This document shows, in pieces, positions 1 to 10,369 of a DNA stretch of 64,000 bases. The stretch lies in NCBI GenBank assembly GCA_965205015.1, contig OZ242029.1:1280001-1344000 (forward strand), given 5' to 3'. A program made the translations under genes and the position numbers. The notes beneath the pieces were generated by a model. The model was not told the origin of the DNA. It saw only the letters and a list, made by a program, of their open reading frames with translations, and ran no database searches. The stretch's first letter is position 1. Every line of letters starts with the position of its first letter. This DNA comes from Candidatus Poribacteria bacterium (GTDB lineage Bacteria > Poribacteria > WGA-4E > WGA-3G).

Positions 1-302
1 ATCAAGTAGGTTTTTTACTGTACTCAGGGTCATTTATGGTATAAGACGCTTCGCTGCTGAAACCGTAAGTTGGGTTGAACAAAACATAAAATATTAAACT
101 CACTTCACACAGCAACCTTCAAAAAAATATGGACAAACCTGATATTTTGTGGTATCATTAAGTACATATATTTATATTAACTGTCAACCATCGGAAACCG
201 TCAGGGGTCAGCAAGAGGACTTTGGTTTATCAGAAAACCCCTTTACTGACCATCAAAAGCCGATACCTATAAAAACTGACAACCTATAAGGGAGTATGAG
301 TT

Positions 303-575
303 TTGCATCGACGATCTGCCAAGAAACACGCACGTGCGGATACAGCGAAACGGACACGCAACCGACACCGTAAAGCGACCCTGCGGACAGTACTGAAACA
401 AACAGAAACAGCCCTTACGGAAGGGAACGTGGAAACAGCACAGGAATTGTGCCGAACCATGGCAAGCCTTTTAGATAGGGCTGCCAGTAAAGGTGTTATC
501 AAAAAAGGGACAGCGAACCGTCAAAAATCTCGACTCACTCGCAAATTGCATGCCCTCACTGCAGAAGCAGCGTAA
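303..575 (+). CDS. rpsT: 30S ribosomal protein S20
   Basis: 90 aa, basic; SAKK..R..RNR..K..LRT and LDRAASKGVIKK..ANRQKSRL match S20; TTG start with GGGAG upstream. Confidence 0.95.
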   Translation: MHRRSAKKHARADTAKRTRNRHRKATLRTVLKQTETALTEGNVETAQELCRTMASLLDRAASKGVIKKGTANRQKSRLTRKLHALTAEAA

Positions 576-653
576 TTTCGGTTTTCTGTTAGACGAATTG
601 CTGTCAAAGCAAAGGAGACTCGCGAGGCATCGGGACAGCGAACCCGAAACCTC

Positions 654-2144
654 GTGTTATTGCGAGATATGAACGCGCGCAGCGTCGCCTTAGAATGTCT
701 GTTGACCCTCTCTCACAGCAGCGCGTCAATAGCATCCGTTGTTGACAAGGCATTCAGACGGTACGCAATTGACGGGCGGGAACGCCGATTGGTAAACGGG
801 CTCGTCTACGGCGTCGTTCGGTGGCAGAAGCAACTGGACTGGGTGCTCGATCAGTTTATCAATCCCAAATTTCAGTTAGACGCGAGGCATCGTAATATCC
901 TACGACTCGGTGCGTTCCAACTGCTACATCTCGATGGGATACCTGCACACGCAGCGATCTTTGAAACCGTCCAACTCGCCACTTCGTCCCCACGCAAATC
1001 TTCAGGGAGACGGAAGACCGCGGGGTTTATCAATGCAGTACTCCGCTCCATCCAACGCGAAGGCACAAGAGCCACCTATCCACCACTCGATACAAACCCA
1101 ACTGAACACATCGCGTTCTCACTGTCCTATCCAACCTGGTTAGTAAAGCGATGGCTTCAAACACGCGGCGTTTCGTGGACGCTGGCGTTCTGTCGTGCAA
1201 GCAACCAAATCGCACCGCTCGCGTTCCGTGTCAATACCCACCTGACACGACGCGAAGAGGTTTGCCAATTTTTGGAAACGAAAGGTTTATCGGCGTCCCT
1301 TTCCAAAATCGCACCCGACGGGATAGCAGTTGAAAATGGCTATCGGAAACCATCAGTCGTCGGCAGTCAGGAAGAGGGTTCTGATACACAGATGGCGTCT
1401 CTTTCCGATAGCCGACAATCGAAGGAAACCGATGGCTGTTCCGCCCCTTTCGGCACCGCTGGTGAACTGACCCTGAAGGATATCCTTAACCGAAATAACC
1501 TCTATGTTCAAGACGAGAGTGCCATGTTAGTGGCACATCTACTCTCACCGGAGGATGCAGGATTTATAGTAGACCTGTGCGCCGCCCCGGGTGGGAAAAC
1601 GACGCATTTGGCGCATCTCATGAGGAATACCGGAAAAATTATCGCCGTGGATGCCTCAGCCAAAAAAATAGCGTTGTTGCAAAAGAACTGCCGACGCCTG
1701 GATGTACACAACGTTGAGACCCGTGTAATGGATGCAACGAAAGCCGACTTGGCGTTTATCAAAACAGCGGATGCTGTGCTTATCGATGCCCCGTGTTCAG
1801 GATTTGGAACGCTGCGGCGGCATCCTGACATCCGATGGAACAAAACGCGCGAGCAGGTTCGCGCCCTCAGCGAGATACAATACAACCTGCTGAAGAACGC
1901 AGCACCACACATCAAACCGGGAGGCATTCTCGTCTATAGTACATGTAGTATAGAACCGATGGAAAACGAGGAAGTCATCCAACGATTTTTGGCAGATTTT
2001 CCGATGTATACAGTGGAAAACGCCCGACGTTTCCTGCCGGACGTTCCGCCGAGTGCGATAACACCACAAGGCTTTGTCCAGACGTTTCCACATGAACACG
2101 GGGTTGATGGAGCGTTCGCGGCACGTCTCCGAAAAGAAGTTTAG
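654..2144 (+). CDS. rsmB: 16S rRNA m5C967 methyltransferase RsmB (NusB-like + SAM domain), with an in-frame repeat insertion
   Basis: NusB-like N-terminus, VQDESA, DLCAAPGGKT, DAPCSG, YSTCS motifs. Confidence 0.93.
   Translation: MLLRDMNARSVALECLLTLSHSSASIASVVDKAFRRYAIDGRERRLVNGLVYGVVRWQKQLDWVLDQFINPKFQLDARHRNILRLGAFQLLHLDGIPAHAAIFETVQLATSSPRKSSGRRKTAGFINAVLRSIQREGTRATYPPLDTNPTEHIAFSLSYPTWLVKRWLQTRGVSWTLAFCRASNQIAPLAFRVNTHLTRREEVCQFLETKGLSASLSKIAPDGIAVENGYRKPSVVGSQEEGSDTQMASLSDSRQSKETDGCSAPFGTAGELTLKDILNRNNLYVQDESAMLVAHLLSPEDAGFIVDLCAAPGGKTTHLAHLMRNTGKIIAVDASAKKIALLQKNCRRLDVHNVETRVMDATKADLAFIKTADAVLIDAPCSGFGTLRRHPDIRWNKTREQVRALSEIQYNLLKNAAPHIKPGGILVYSTCSIEPMENEEVIQRFLADFPMYTVENARRFLPDVPPSAITPQGFVQTFPHEHGVDGAFAARLRKEV
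1336..1439. repeat. heptamer-arm palindromic element, in frame inside rsmB
   Basis: TGGCTATCGG..CAGTCGTCGG..GAAGAG / CTCTTTCCGATAGCCGAC..CCGATGGCTG. Confidence 0.65.
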
Positions 2145-2148
2145 AAGT

Positions 2149-2814
2149 ATGCGAAACCCGCCTGACCGAACCGCAAGGAAAATTAAAAAAGTCGATTTCA
2201 GGTTGTATGCCATTACTGATAGACACCAGTGTGCGCCCACGCCATTGGTCGATGTTGTCTCGGAACTACTGGACACAGGCGTCACCGCTTTCCAATTACG
2301 TGAGAAAGATTTAAGCGATACTGCCTTGATTAAATTGGCACAACCGATTGCAAAATTGTGTCATAATTACGAAGCAAAGCTTTTTATCAATACACATACG
2401 AGCATTGCCTGCGACGTGGGTGCCGCAGGGATTCATCTTCCAGCGAATGCAGAATCCGTAGGTTCCGTAAAGGAAACCGAGACAGACGATAATTTCTATG
2501 TTGGGTGCTCGGTGCACTCTTTTGAGGCGGCAAAAAAGCGGGAAGCAGAAAGGGCTGACTTTGTGACTTACAGTCCTATCTATCCGACAGCAAGCAAACC
2601 CGGATACGGTCCCGCTGTCGGCACAGCGCGCCTCGCTGAGGTGGTCAGAGGTGTGGAACTGCCGGTCTTCGCATTGGGAGGAATTACACCTACACGAGTA
2701 TCTGAATGTTTAACTGCCGGCGCTTTCGGGGTGGCTGTGATGTCAGGTGTTATGTCATCCAAAGGTGCACATATACAAGCGAAATGTTATCTTGACGCTT
2801 TATGCGAACATTGA
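2149..2814 (+). CDS. thiE: thiamine-phosphate synthase (ThiE/TenI family)
   Basis: LYAITDR, QLREK, GCSVHS, SPIYPTASKP, ALGGIT; next to thiD; start taken at the ATG at 2149. Confidence 0.85.
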   Translation: MRNPPDRTARKIKKVDFRLYAITDRHQCAPTPLVDVVSELLDTGVTAFQLREKDLSDTALIKLAQPIAKLCHNYEAKLFINTHTSIACDVGAAGIHLPANAESVGSVKETETDDNFYVGCSVHSFEAAKKREAERADFVTYSPIYPTASKPGYGPAVGTARLAEVVRGVELPVFALGGITPTRVSECLTAGAFGVAVMSGVMSSKGAHIQAKCYLDALCEH

Positions 2815-2876
2815 AATTCTTCCTTAAATTGACACTGATGTATTAAAAGTAGTGAATTTAAGAGTAGGCTGAGAAT

Positions 2877-3659
2877 ATGAAACAGATTTTAACGATTGCA
2901 GGATCAGATTCAGGTGGGGGCGCGGGGATACAGGCGGACATCAAGGCGATCTCGGCGAATGGCGGCTTCGCTATGTCAGCGATTACCTCCGTTACAGCAC
3001 AGAACACAGTCGCTGTTACAGACGCTTTCGACTTGCCTATTTCGCTGATTGAAGCACAATTAGACGCTGTTTTCACGGACTTTGAGGTCGCCAGCGTCAA
3101 AACGGGGATGCTCTCCTCGTCAGCGATTGTCGAGGCGGTTGTGGGGAAATTGAGAGAATACACACCACCAGCCATTGTTGTAGACCCCGTGATGATTTCC
3201 AAAAGCAAATTTCCACTGTTAAAAGAGACGGCAATTGAAAGCCTCAAAACAGCGTTGATTCCGCTTGCGACAGTGATTACGCCTAACGTTTATGAGGCAG
3301 AACTCCTCGCGCAACAGGACATCCGAAACACAGACGATGCCAAAAGCGCTGCAAAAGCGATCGCGGCACTCGGTTGTCAGGCTGTTCTTGTCAAAGGGGG
3401 GCATCTTACTGGAAACAAGGCAACCGATGTACTTTACTACGATGGTCAATGGCGTTTTTTTGAGGCGGAACGGATCGAGACAGAAAACACGCACGGCACA
3501 GGCTGCACCTACTCAGCGGCAATTGCAACGCAACTCGCACATGGCGAAGATTTGGGGGACGCTATCAATACAGCAAAGACATATATCACTGGTGCCATCC
3601 AGCACGCCTTGGACCTCGGGCATGGACACGGTCCGACGAATCACTTCTTCCAGACGTAG
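2877..3659 (+). CDS. thiD: hydroxymethylpyrimidine/phosphomethylpyrimidine kinase
   Basis: [39 protein letters not shown]. Confidence 0.95.
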   Translation: MKQILTIAGSDSGGGAGIQADIKAISANGGFAMSAITSVTAQNTVAVTDAFDLPISLIEAQLDAVFTDFEVASVKTGMLSSSAIVEAVVGKLREYTPPAIVVDPVMISKSKFPLLKETAIESLKTALIPLATVITPNVYEAELLAQQDIRNTDDAKSAAKAIAALGCQAVLVKGGHLTGNKATDVLYYDGQWRFFEAERIETENTHGTGCTYSAAIATQLAHGEDLGDAINTAKTYITGAIQHALDLGHGHGPTNHFFQT

Positions 3660-3682
3660 AGGCTGGGTAACCCAGCCCCTAC
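3656..3682. repeat. GTAG-type REP-like palindrome
   Basis: GTAGAGGCTGGGTAACCCAGCCCCTAC; near-identical copy at 42529-42555. Confidence 0.8.
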
Positions 3683-4059
3683 AACGGCTGTCGTCCTTCA
3701 AATCCGTCTTCAATTTCATGCCAGTAGCGGATCTCCTTTTCACCCATCCGCCAACAGAGATAGACCTCTCTACCGTTGCGGAGGTGTGGGAAATCGACTA
3801 ATCCTGGATCGAGTCCTTTCAGATGACACCCGCGTGCTTCAATCCGATCTAGAATTTCTTGAAAGCGTTCAATTGATTTGAGTAGGGCGGGTGTATGCTT
3901 ACTGCCCCCGTTGGAGGAAACCACCTCCAGAAGTGGGGTAATTTCTGCGTGGAGTGCCGAGAGTTGCGCTCTTATTGCTCTTAACAGTGAAATTTCATCA
4001 ACTAATTCGGGGATGCATTGATTTGCTTCTTCGAGTGTAAAATATCGTTTTTCCTGCAT
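3679..4059 (-). other. DUF2203 family protein
   Basis: FTLEEAN..IP, GLVDFP, VYLCWRMGE..I.YWH...GF.GRQPL. Confidence 0.8.
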
Positions 4060-4249
4060 CTTTTGGTCTCCTTATGTTCGTAGTGAGAATGTGTATTAAA
4101 TTTATGCTGGCACTGCTCTAAAATTTACACTAAATTACGAGCGATGTCAAGGAGAAGTGGTTGTTAATCTTCGGTTTTCGGTTAAGAGGTTTCGTTTAAA
4201 GCCCTCTCCTTCCGATAGCGGAAAACTGGTAACCGATAGCCACTATAAA

Positions 4250-5893
4250 ATGGAAAACGAAACCAAATCTACAGAGCAACAGCATCAAAATGTCACTCGT
4301 GCAGCGGGAATTGTCAGCATTGCCGTGATGATGTCTCGGGTATTGGGTCTCGCCCGCGAAACGGCGATCGGGTACTACTTCCCTTCAAAGACTATTGCGG
4401 ACCCGTTTTATCTTGCCTTCCGCATACCGAACTTCCTACGCGATATGTTCGGCGAAGGTATTTTGAGTAAGGCGTTTATCACGACATTCCTGGCGACAGA
4501 AGCTGAAGACGGCGAAGAAGCGGCGTGGAATCTTGCGAACCGTATCTTCAATCTGACGTTCCTCGTCTTAATCGGTATCACAGGCCTCGGCATCACTTTT
4601 GCCCCCGTTATTGTTGATGTGCTGGCACGAGACGGCTTTGACAAAAGCTTAGACCCTGTTGAACACTTCGGATTTGACCGCAAGATTGAATTGGCAATTT
4701 ATCTCACGCAATTGATGTTTCCGTATCTACTGTTCGTGTCATTTGCGGCAATTGCCATGGGATTATTGAACAGCAAGGACAAATTCGGCATCCCTGCGTG
4801 TGCGTCTGCCTTCTTTAACGTGAGTTCTCTTGCTGTCGGGATAGGCGGCTACTATTTGTGTCCACTGGTAGAGATTCACCCGATAACAGGCATGGCTATG
4901 GGTGTAATCGTAGGGGGTATTGCCCAATTCTTAATTCAGGTGCCGTCTATGTACCGGGTCGGCTTTCGATACCGTCCACTGCTGAGCCTGCGAGATCCGA
5001 GAGTACTCCAAGTTGTTCACCTCATCGGACCTGCCGTGTTAGGGGTCGCGGCAGTGCAGGTGAATCTACTGACGAACACATTCTTTATTACCTCAGATTC
5101 CGGATGGTTGACGTGGATTAGCAGAGCCTATCGCGTGATGCATCTCCCGATTGGGATATTCGGCGTCGCGATTTCAACGGTGGCATTGCCACAACTCGCG
5201 AGGTTTGTAGCAGCGGGGGAGACAGAGAATTTCCGCAACGCACTTTCGTATGCCCTTCGCTTAATGCTTGCCCTGACCATTCCCGCTGGAATTGGACTCA
5301 TGGTCCTCTCAGAACCGATCTGCCGTTTGCTTTACGAATGGGGTGTAACCGTCGAAGAAGACACACTCGAAACAGCAGGACTTCTGTTCGTTTATGCGTT
5401 CGGATTGTGCGGGTTCTCAACGCTGAAAATTGTCACAGATGGTTTTTACGCCTACAGAGATATTCGCGCCCCGGTTATTGTTAGTATCTGTGCCGTTGTG
5501 CTCAATATCTGCCTCAACTATCTGTTTATCTATCGTGGACTCTTCTTGGACCCGCGCGCTGTGGTATTTTCAACAGTCTTGACCGTGACGTTGAACTGTG
5601 CCGTTTTATTGCGACTGCTCCGCCGCAAAGTTGGACGATTGGGACTCCGATCATCCCTCCCATTAATGCTTAAAATCCTGATCGCTTCAGCAGTCATGGG
5701 GTTTGTTTGTTGGGTGACAAACGGTGTCATTGAAGACGACTGGCTCGGAACGGTCGGTATCATCCCACGTGCTACTGGCGTGTTTGTACCGATAGGCGTG
5801 AGTCTGTTGATACTTGCGGCAATGTATAAGCTTTTGAAAGTCTCGGAATTTGACGGTATTTTGAACATATTCAAGCAGCGATTTGGAAATTAA
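4250..5893 (+). CDS. murJ: lipid II flippase MurJ
   Basis: [21 protein letters not shown], many TM helices; the extension from 4157 is a repeat element. Confidence 0.93.
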   Translation: MENETKSTEQQHQNVTRAAGIVSIAVMMSRVLGLARETAIGYYFPSKTIADPFYLAFRIPNFLRDMFGEGILSKAFITTFLATEAEDGEEAAWNLANRIFNLTFLVLIGITGLGITFAPVIVDVLARDGFDKSLDPVEHFGFDRKIELAIYLTQLMFPYLLFVSFAAIAMGLLNSKDKFGIPACASAFFNVSSLAVGIGGYYLCPLVEIHPITGMAMGVIVGGIAQFLIQVPSMYRVGFRYRPLLSLRDPRVLQVVHLIGPAVLGVAAVQVNLLTNTFFITSDSGWLTWISRAYRVMHLPIGIFGVAISTVALPQLARFVAAGETENFRNALSYALRLMLALTIPAGIGLMVLSEPICRLLYEWGVTVEEDTLETAGLLFVYAFGLCGFSTLKIVTDGFYAYRDIRAPVIVSICAVVLNICLNYLFIYRGLFLDPRAVVFSTVLTVTLNCAVLLRLLRRKVGRLGLRSSLPLMLKILIASAVMGFVCWVTNGVIEDDWLGTVGIIPRATGVFVPIGVSLLILAAMYKLLKVSEFDGILNIFKQRFGN

Positions 5894-5916
5894 TCAGTTT
5901 TTCACAGGAGGACGTC

Positions 5917-6696
5917 TTGCTAACGAAAAGAATAATTCCATGTTTAGATGTACGCGCGGGGAAGGTCACCAAAGGCATCGCTTTCAAAGGCAATGTCGAT
6001 GTCGGGGATCCAGTCGAGATGGCACGATTTTACTACGAAGGCGGTGCCGATGAACTCGTCTTTTACGACATCACAGCGAGCAATGAGCGACGTGATATAA
6101 TGATTGATGTCGTCTCTGCAGTCGCCGCCGAAATTTTTATCCCATTCTCTGTCGGCGGTGGATTGCGCACACTTGAGGATATGCGCCGCGTCCTGCTCGC
6201 AGGGGCAGAGAAGGTGAGTATAGACTCTGGTGCCGTGCGGAACCCTGAACTCATTGCGGAGGGTGCACGAGCGTTCGGGAGTCAATGCGTCGTATTGAGC
6301 ATGCAGGTGAAACGGGTCCCGAAAAGCGAACAGATCCCAAGCGGTTATGAAATTTACATAGACGGCGGGAGAACACCCGTCGGTTGGGATGCCTTGGAAT
6401 GGTCTGCGCGTGGGATCGATTTAGGTGCAGGCGAAATTGTCGTCAATAGCATCGATGCTGATGGCACGAAAGCCGGGTATGAACTCGAATTGACGGGTGC
6501 GATCGCTGATCTGGTGCCGGTGCCAGTAATCGCCTCCGGGGGGGCAGGAAACCCACAGCACCTACGAGATGTCTTCGTTGAGAGCAACGCCGATGCCGCG
6601 ATTGTCGCCTCTATTACACACTACGGCGAATTCACCATTGAGAACATCAAAACCTATCTGATGGACGAAGGTGTGAGCGTCCGAGATACATGGTAG
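5917..6696 (+). CDS. hisF: imidazole glycerol phosphate synthase cyclase subunit
   Basis: [41 protein letters not shown]. Confidence 0.96.
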   Translation: MLTKRIIPCLDVRAGKVTKGIAFKGNVDVGDPVEMARFYYEGGADELVFYDITASNERRDIMIDVVSAVAAEIFIPFSVGGGLRTLEDMRRVLLAGAEKVSIDSGAVRNPELIAEGARAFGSQCVVLSMQVKRVPKSEQIPSGYEIYIDGGRTPVGWDALEWSARGIDLGAGEIVVNSIDADGTKAGYELELTGAIADLVPVPVIASGGAGNPQHLRDVFVESNADAAIVASITHYGEFTIENIKTYLMDEGVSVRDTW

Positions 6697-6735
6697 GATT
6701 GGTTATCAACTGACACCTATTAAAATGGAGGAGAT

Positions 6736-7638
6736 ATGGTGCCTAAATTACCTGATTCAAGAAATGAAAACATTTTAATCCACGTTAACGGTGAACTGTT
6801 ACCCCGCGAAGACGCGAAGATCTCCGTCTTCGATAGCCTCGTCCAAGGCGGGGACGGTGTATGGGAAGGCTTGCGTGTCTATAACGGAAAGATATTCGCA
6901 CTGGACCCACATCTGGATCGACTCATAGATTCCGCACACGCCATGGCGTTCGCTGGCATTCCGACGCGCGATGCGATCAAACAAGCGATCTTTGAAACGC
7001 TCGCCGCCAACGGCATGCGGGACGGTGTTCACATCCGTCTAACGCTGAGTCGCGGGAAAAAGGTCACCTCCAGTATGGACGCACGCGTTAATCAATACGG
7101 GACCACCCTAATTGTGCTTGCGGAGTGGAAGCCGCCCATCTACGCCAAGAGCGGTATCCGATTAATCACCTCAGCGATCCGACGGAATCCGCCGCAGTGC
7201 GTTGACTCTAAGATCCATCACAACAACCTGATTAATAACATCCTCGCCAAAATTGAGGCGAACGTCGCTGGTGTGGACGATGCGATTATGCTCGATATCC
7301 ACGGATACGTCTCGGAGACGAACGCCACGAATATGTTTCTCATAAAGCGTGGGCATGTGTTGACACCACACGCCGATAGCTGCCTACCGGGGATTACACG
7401 CGGTATGGTCATCCAAATCGCTCGCGACGCGGGTATCCCACTAACGGAACGAAATGTTTCATTGACCGAGGTTTACACCGCGGACGAGGTTTTCACGACC
7501 GGCACTGTGGGTGAATTGAGTCCTGTTTTAGAGGTCGATGGCAGAAAAATTGGCGACGAAGGTATCCGTCCCATAACGACTCGCCTACAGGAACTTTACG
7601 CAGAATTGACTGCCAACGAAGGTGAACCGCTGCCATAG
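6736..7638 (+). CDS. class IV PLP-dependent aminotransferase (IlvE/Dat/PabC family)
   Basis: GDGVWEGLRVY, K.HHNNLINNIL, LPGITR, ADEVFTTGT; substrate not assignable. Confidence 0.85.
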   Translation: MVPKLPDSRNENILIHVNGELLPREDAKISVFDSLVQGGDGVWEGLRVYNGKIFALDPHLDRLIDSAHAMAFAGIPTRDAIKQAIFETLAANGMRDGVHIRLTLSRGKKVTSSMDARVNQYGTTLIVLAEWKPPIYAKSGIRLITSAIRRNPPQCVDSKIHHNNLINNILAKIEANVAGVDDAIMLDIHGYVSETNATNMFLIKRGHVLTPHADSCLPGITRGMVIQIARDAGIPLTERNVSLTEVYTADEVFTTGTVGELSPVLEVDGRKIGDEGIRPITTRLQELYAELTANEGEPLP

Positions 7639-7874
7639 AACAATATTTTGAAATAAGTCATAAAACGCGCCAGGATCGAATCTCGTTTGTGTGTCCCCCA
7701 TCAGGCATGAGCGCGGGAGGTGCGATCTCGGCGAATTCGAGTCGCAGTATCCGTTTGTTGATTTTCTGATGAAGGGGTTTGTGAAGTGCATACGCTTATT
7801 TAGACCACAATTTCGCAAAGTTAAGACAAGTGTTGTTGTTCAAATTCAAGAGGTGTCAAATACCCTAACGCCGA

Positions 7875-8372
7875 TTAAGCTGACTCAAAAATTGTGGTTG
7901 TGGATCGGAATTTGAGAGAATCTTTCGTCTCAATTTCAGTGATGACTTGTCTCACATCAGACTCTGTCAAAATTTTTAACTCCCAGAGTGCTCGTAGAAT
8001 TTCATCCAGATTGGTGCAACGAATACCGTTTGCTTGACAATGGTGCATCACTCGGCGTTCGTTGCTCGCCAAAAATGCTGTGAGACGTTTACATATTGCC
8101 ATAGATTCACGTTCACCAGCACCTAATGTATCTGGCAAAGACGACATAAATTCTTGGTCTGCAGTTGTTAGATGATGCGTCTGAAGCAGTTTTTGTGTTT
8201 GCAATTCCATGAGGGCATTGGCAAAAGGGAATCCCTTTGAAACACCAACAGCGATTTCATTTTCTACGGCAGCGGCAATGTTAAGTATATCTTGCTCAAA
8301 AACTGCGAACAATAATGGTAAACGCTGAATCTTGGAAAAAATTGAAAGGATATCAGTATCCACAAAGACCAA
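7875..8372 (-). CDS. PIN-domain putative toxin (DUF3368-like)
   Basis: VFVDTDIL, LGAGERESMA; follows a small antitoxin-like gene. Confidence 0.75.
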   Translation of the reverse strand: MVFVDTDILSIFSKIQRLPLLFAVFEQDILNIAAAVENEIAVGVSKGFPFANALMELQTQKLLQTHHLTTADQEFMSSLPDTLGAGERESMAICKRLTAFLASNERRVMHHCQANGIRCTNLDEILRALWELKILTESDVRQVITEIETKDSLKFRSTTTIFESA

Positions 8373-8378
8373 AGTCGA

Positions 8379-8744
8379 CTATTCCTCTGTTTTACTGTTT
8401 TCTCTGTGAAGACTTTTGATGAGCGAAACGCCCGCCTTTAGTTTTTCTACCGATCCAACCTCAACGATTTTCAAGATGCCTTTCGCTTTTAAAACCTCTT
8501 CAAATTCAAAACGGTGCATCCCAGCCAGTTCCGAAGCTCTCCCAAGTGTCACTTCCCCTGCTTGATAGAGCTGGATTGAAGCATCAAGACGAGATTTCTT
8601 TTTATTTTGGACGAGTCTTTCAAGAGCATCAATGATCAAGGTATGGGAATCAGGATAAAGTCCAGCACAAATCAGAGCATTAACCTCTTTCTCAAGAGTG
8701 GGTGAGTGAATTTTAATCTGTAGCATTCGGATAACCTCCTCCAT
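8379..8744 (-). CDS. UPF0175 family putative antitoxin
   Basis: LYQAGEVTLGRASELAGM.RFEF..VL...GI HTH-like motif. Confidence 0.75.
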   Translation of the reverse strand: MEEVIRMLQIKIHSPTLEKEVNALICAGLYPDSHTLIIDALERLVQNKKKSRLDASIQLYQAGEVTLGRASELAGMHRFEFEEVLKAKGILKIVEVGSVEKLKAGVSLIKSLHRENSKTEE

Positions 8745-8864
8745 TGCTGTTCCCTTGTTGGTAGGTTTCGAGTTTACTTATCGTAAAGTATACACGAAAA
8801 ATTTTGAAAAAACAAGGGATTCAGATTCCTAAGCAGCAGCATTCAGTTTTCCGTATTACCCCAT

Positions 8865-10265
8865 TCAAATCTCAAGGCGTATAAAAGCGAGATACCCACC
8901 TGATACAAGGACTGCAAGAAATAGCACCAACAGTAATAAATCCGTCGCTGCGGTATTGAAATCGCGGTTGAGGCTGAGTGTGTCTTTAAATTTGGGGATC
9001 GCCTCTGGGCTGACAGGTTTCTGCGACATACCCTCCTGAATCCCAACGACATGAAGACTCTCTGGATCTGCCCTATCCGTATCAATAACAAATTCTCGGT
9101 ATTCACGGGCGTAACGCTGCACATTCTCAATAAATTGCAGATGCCGTTCAAACCCCGTCCCGGCAAAAGATTCAAAGAGGCGTTGGACAATCGCTGTTGG
9201 TGAAATACGGGTTATCGCACGCGCCCGTTTCCCTTGTGCGATCTGCTGCTTCAAATATGCTTCGTTGAAGTGTTCGTATGCTTCTGCTTCTGAGGTAACA
9301 TACTCCCCGAGTACATGCACTGATGGCGTAGTTTGTGAATCTCCGTATTTATCCCGATAGGCTTCGCGTGCCTCATCTGCGAGTTGAATACGCCGATTCC
9401 AGAATTCCACATACGCGATCGGGACCGAGGTCCGACTGCCGATGGATGCTAATGTGTTCGGCATAAACACCACGAAACTCACCCAGATTAACAACAGAAC
9501 GACAAGACTTACACCACTCTCTCGTACCGCTGCAGAGATTAGAAGTCCCAAAGCGATAAAGAGACAGGTATAAAGAATAACAATACCGTACAAGATACCT
9601 AAGCGTCCCCACGCTTCGGTATTGAGTTGGACTGCGTCTGAGGTAGAAATCAGGAGTAGATTCATCAACACCGCAATCGCGAACGGAATGTTAACACTGA
9701 TAAACGCGCCTAAAAACTTCCCTGCCAGGACGGTGTGCCGCGGGATAGCGTTTGCCAATGTCAACCGCAATGTGCCGCGTTCCAATTCGCCAGAGATCGA
9801 ATCGAAAGTGAACAAAAGTGCAATAAAACTCAGCACATAACCGACGATGAACGCCCAATCGAGTGTTGTGAAATCGGGACGAATGTTAAACAGATTTGGT
9901 GTCTCTTGGGGATACCCCATCCGCCAGATAGGTGTCATGTCAGCGATCCTGCGAGCGAAGTTTGCTCCGTTGGCGTGTGTCGGTAGGAACGCCTCATCAC
10001 CCTCTGCACAGAAACGGAGGGGTGAGGGTGCTTTATGGAGATCACCCGGTCCTTCTGTCGCGAGGCGATATAAGTTGGTGCTGCGCGCTTCTAAGGTCTT
10101 TATAGCACCGGCAGCGGCGTTGTGATATGTCTGTGCCCGCGCTGGATGTTCGCGCAGATACACACTGGCATTGGTCAGCAGCAATGCCAGCAGCAACACC
10201 GTCGCTAATGCGAAACGGAGGCTATTCAGGTTGTCGTAGAGTTCACGCTTTGCAATATGCCACAT
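8865..10265 (-). CDS. ABC-2 type transporter permease, type A paralog 3
   Basis: MWHIAKRELYDN, GELERGTLRL..LAGKF, about 6 TM helices. Confidence 0.85.
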   Translation of the reverse strand: MWHIAKRELYDNLNSLRFALATVLLLALLLTNASVYLREHPARAQTYHNAAAGAIKTLEARSTNLYRLATEGPGDLHKAPSPLRFCAEGDEAFLPTHANGANFARRIADMTPIWRMGYPQETPNLFNIRPDFTTLDWAFIVGYVLSFIALLFTFDSISGELERGTLRLTLANAIPRHTVLAGKFLGAFISVNIPFAIAVLMNLLLISTSDAVQLNTEAWGRLGILYGIVILYTCLFIALGLLISAAVRESGVSLVVLLLIWVSFVVFMPNTLASIGSRTSVPIAYVEFWNRRIQLADEAREAYRDKYGDSQTTPSVHVLGEYVTSEAEAYEHFNEAYLKQQIAQGKRARAITRISPTAIVQRLFESFAGTGFERHLQFIENVQRYAREYREFVIDTDRADPESLHVVGIQEGMSQKPVSPEAIPKFKDTLSLNRDFNTAATDLLLLVLFLAVLVSGGYLAFIRLEI

Positions 10266-10367
10266 TGGTTGTCGGTTATCGGTTGTCAGTTGTCAGTTTT
10301 TAATGCGTTGGGTTTCACGTTGTTCAACCCACCCTACCACCTGCTGACTGCTGATCGGTGCCAGCCA
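10266..10367. repeat. heptamer-arm palindromic element with a nested REP-like unit
   Basis: TCGGTTA/TCAGTTG units, inverted CTGAC units, nested GTAGGGTGGGTTGAAC..GAAACCCAAC on the minus strand. Confidence 0.7.
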
Positions 10368-10369
10368 TT

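Noticed and set aside
4157-4249. N-terminal extension of MurJ (similarly 58622-58642 for dop)
   Set aside because: Derived from repeat elements; downstream ATGs fit the family starts better.
7651-7801. Segment bounded by AAATAAG/CTTATTT as a possible MITE
   Set aside because: The inverted repeat is only 7 bp, with no second copy or TSD visible.
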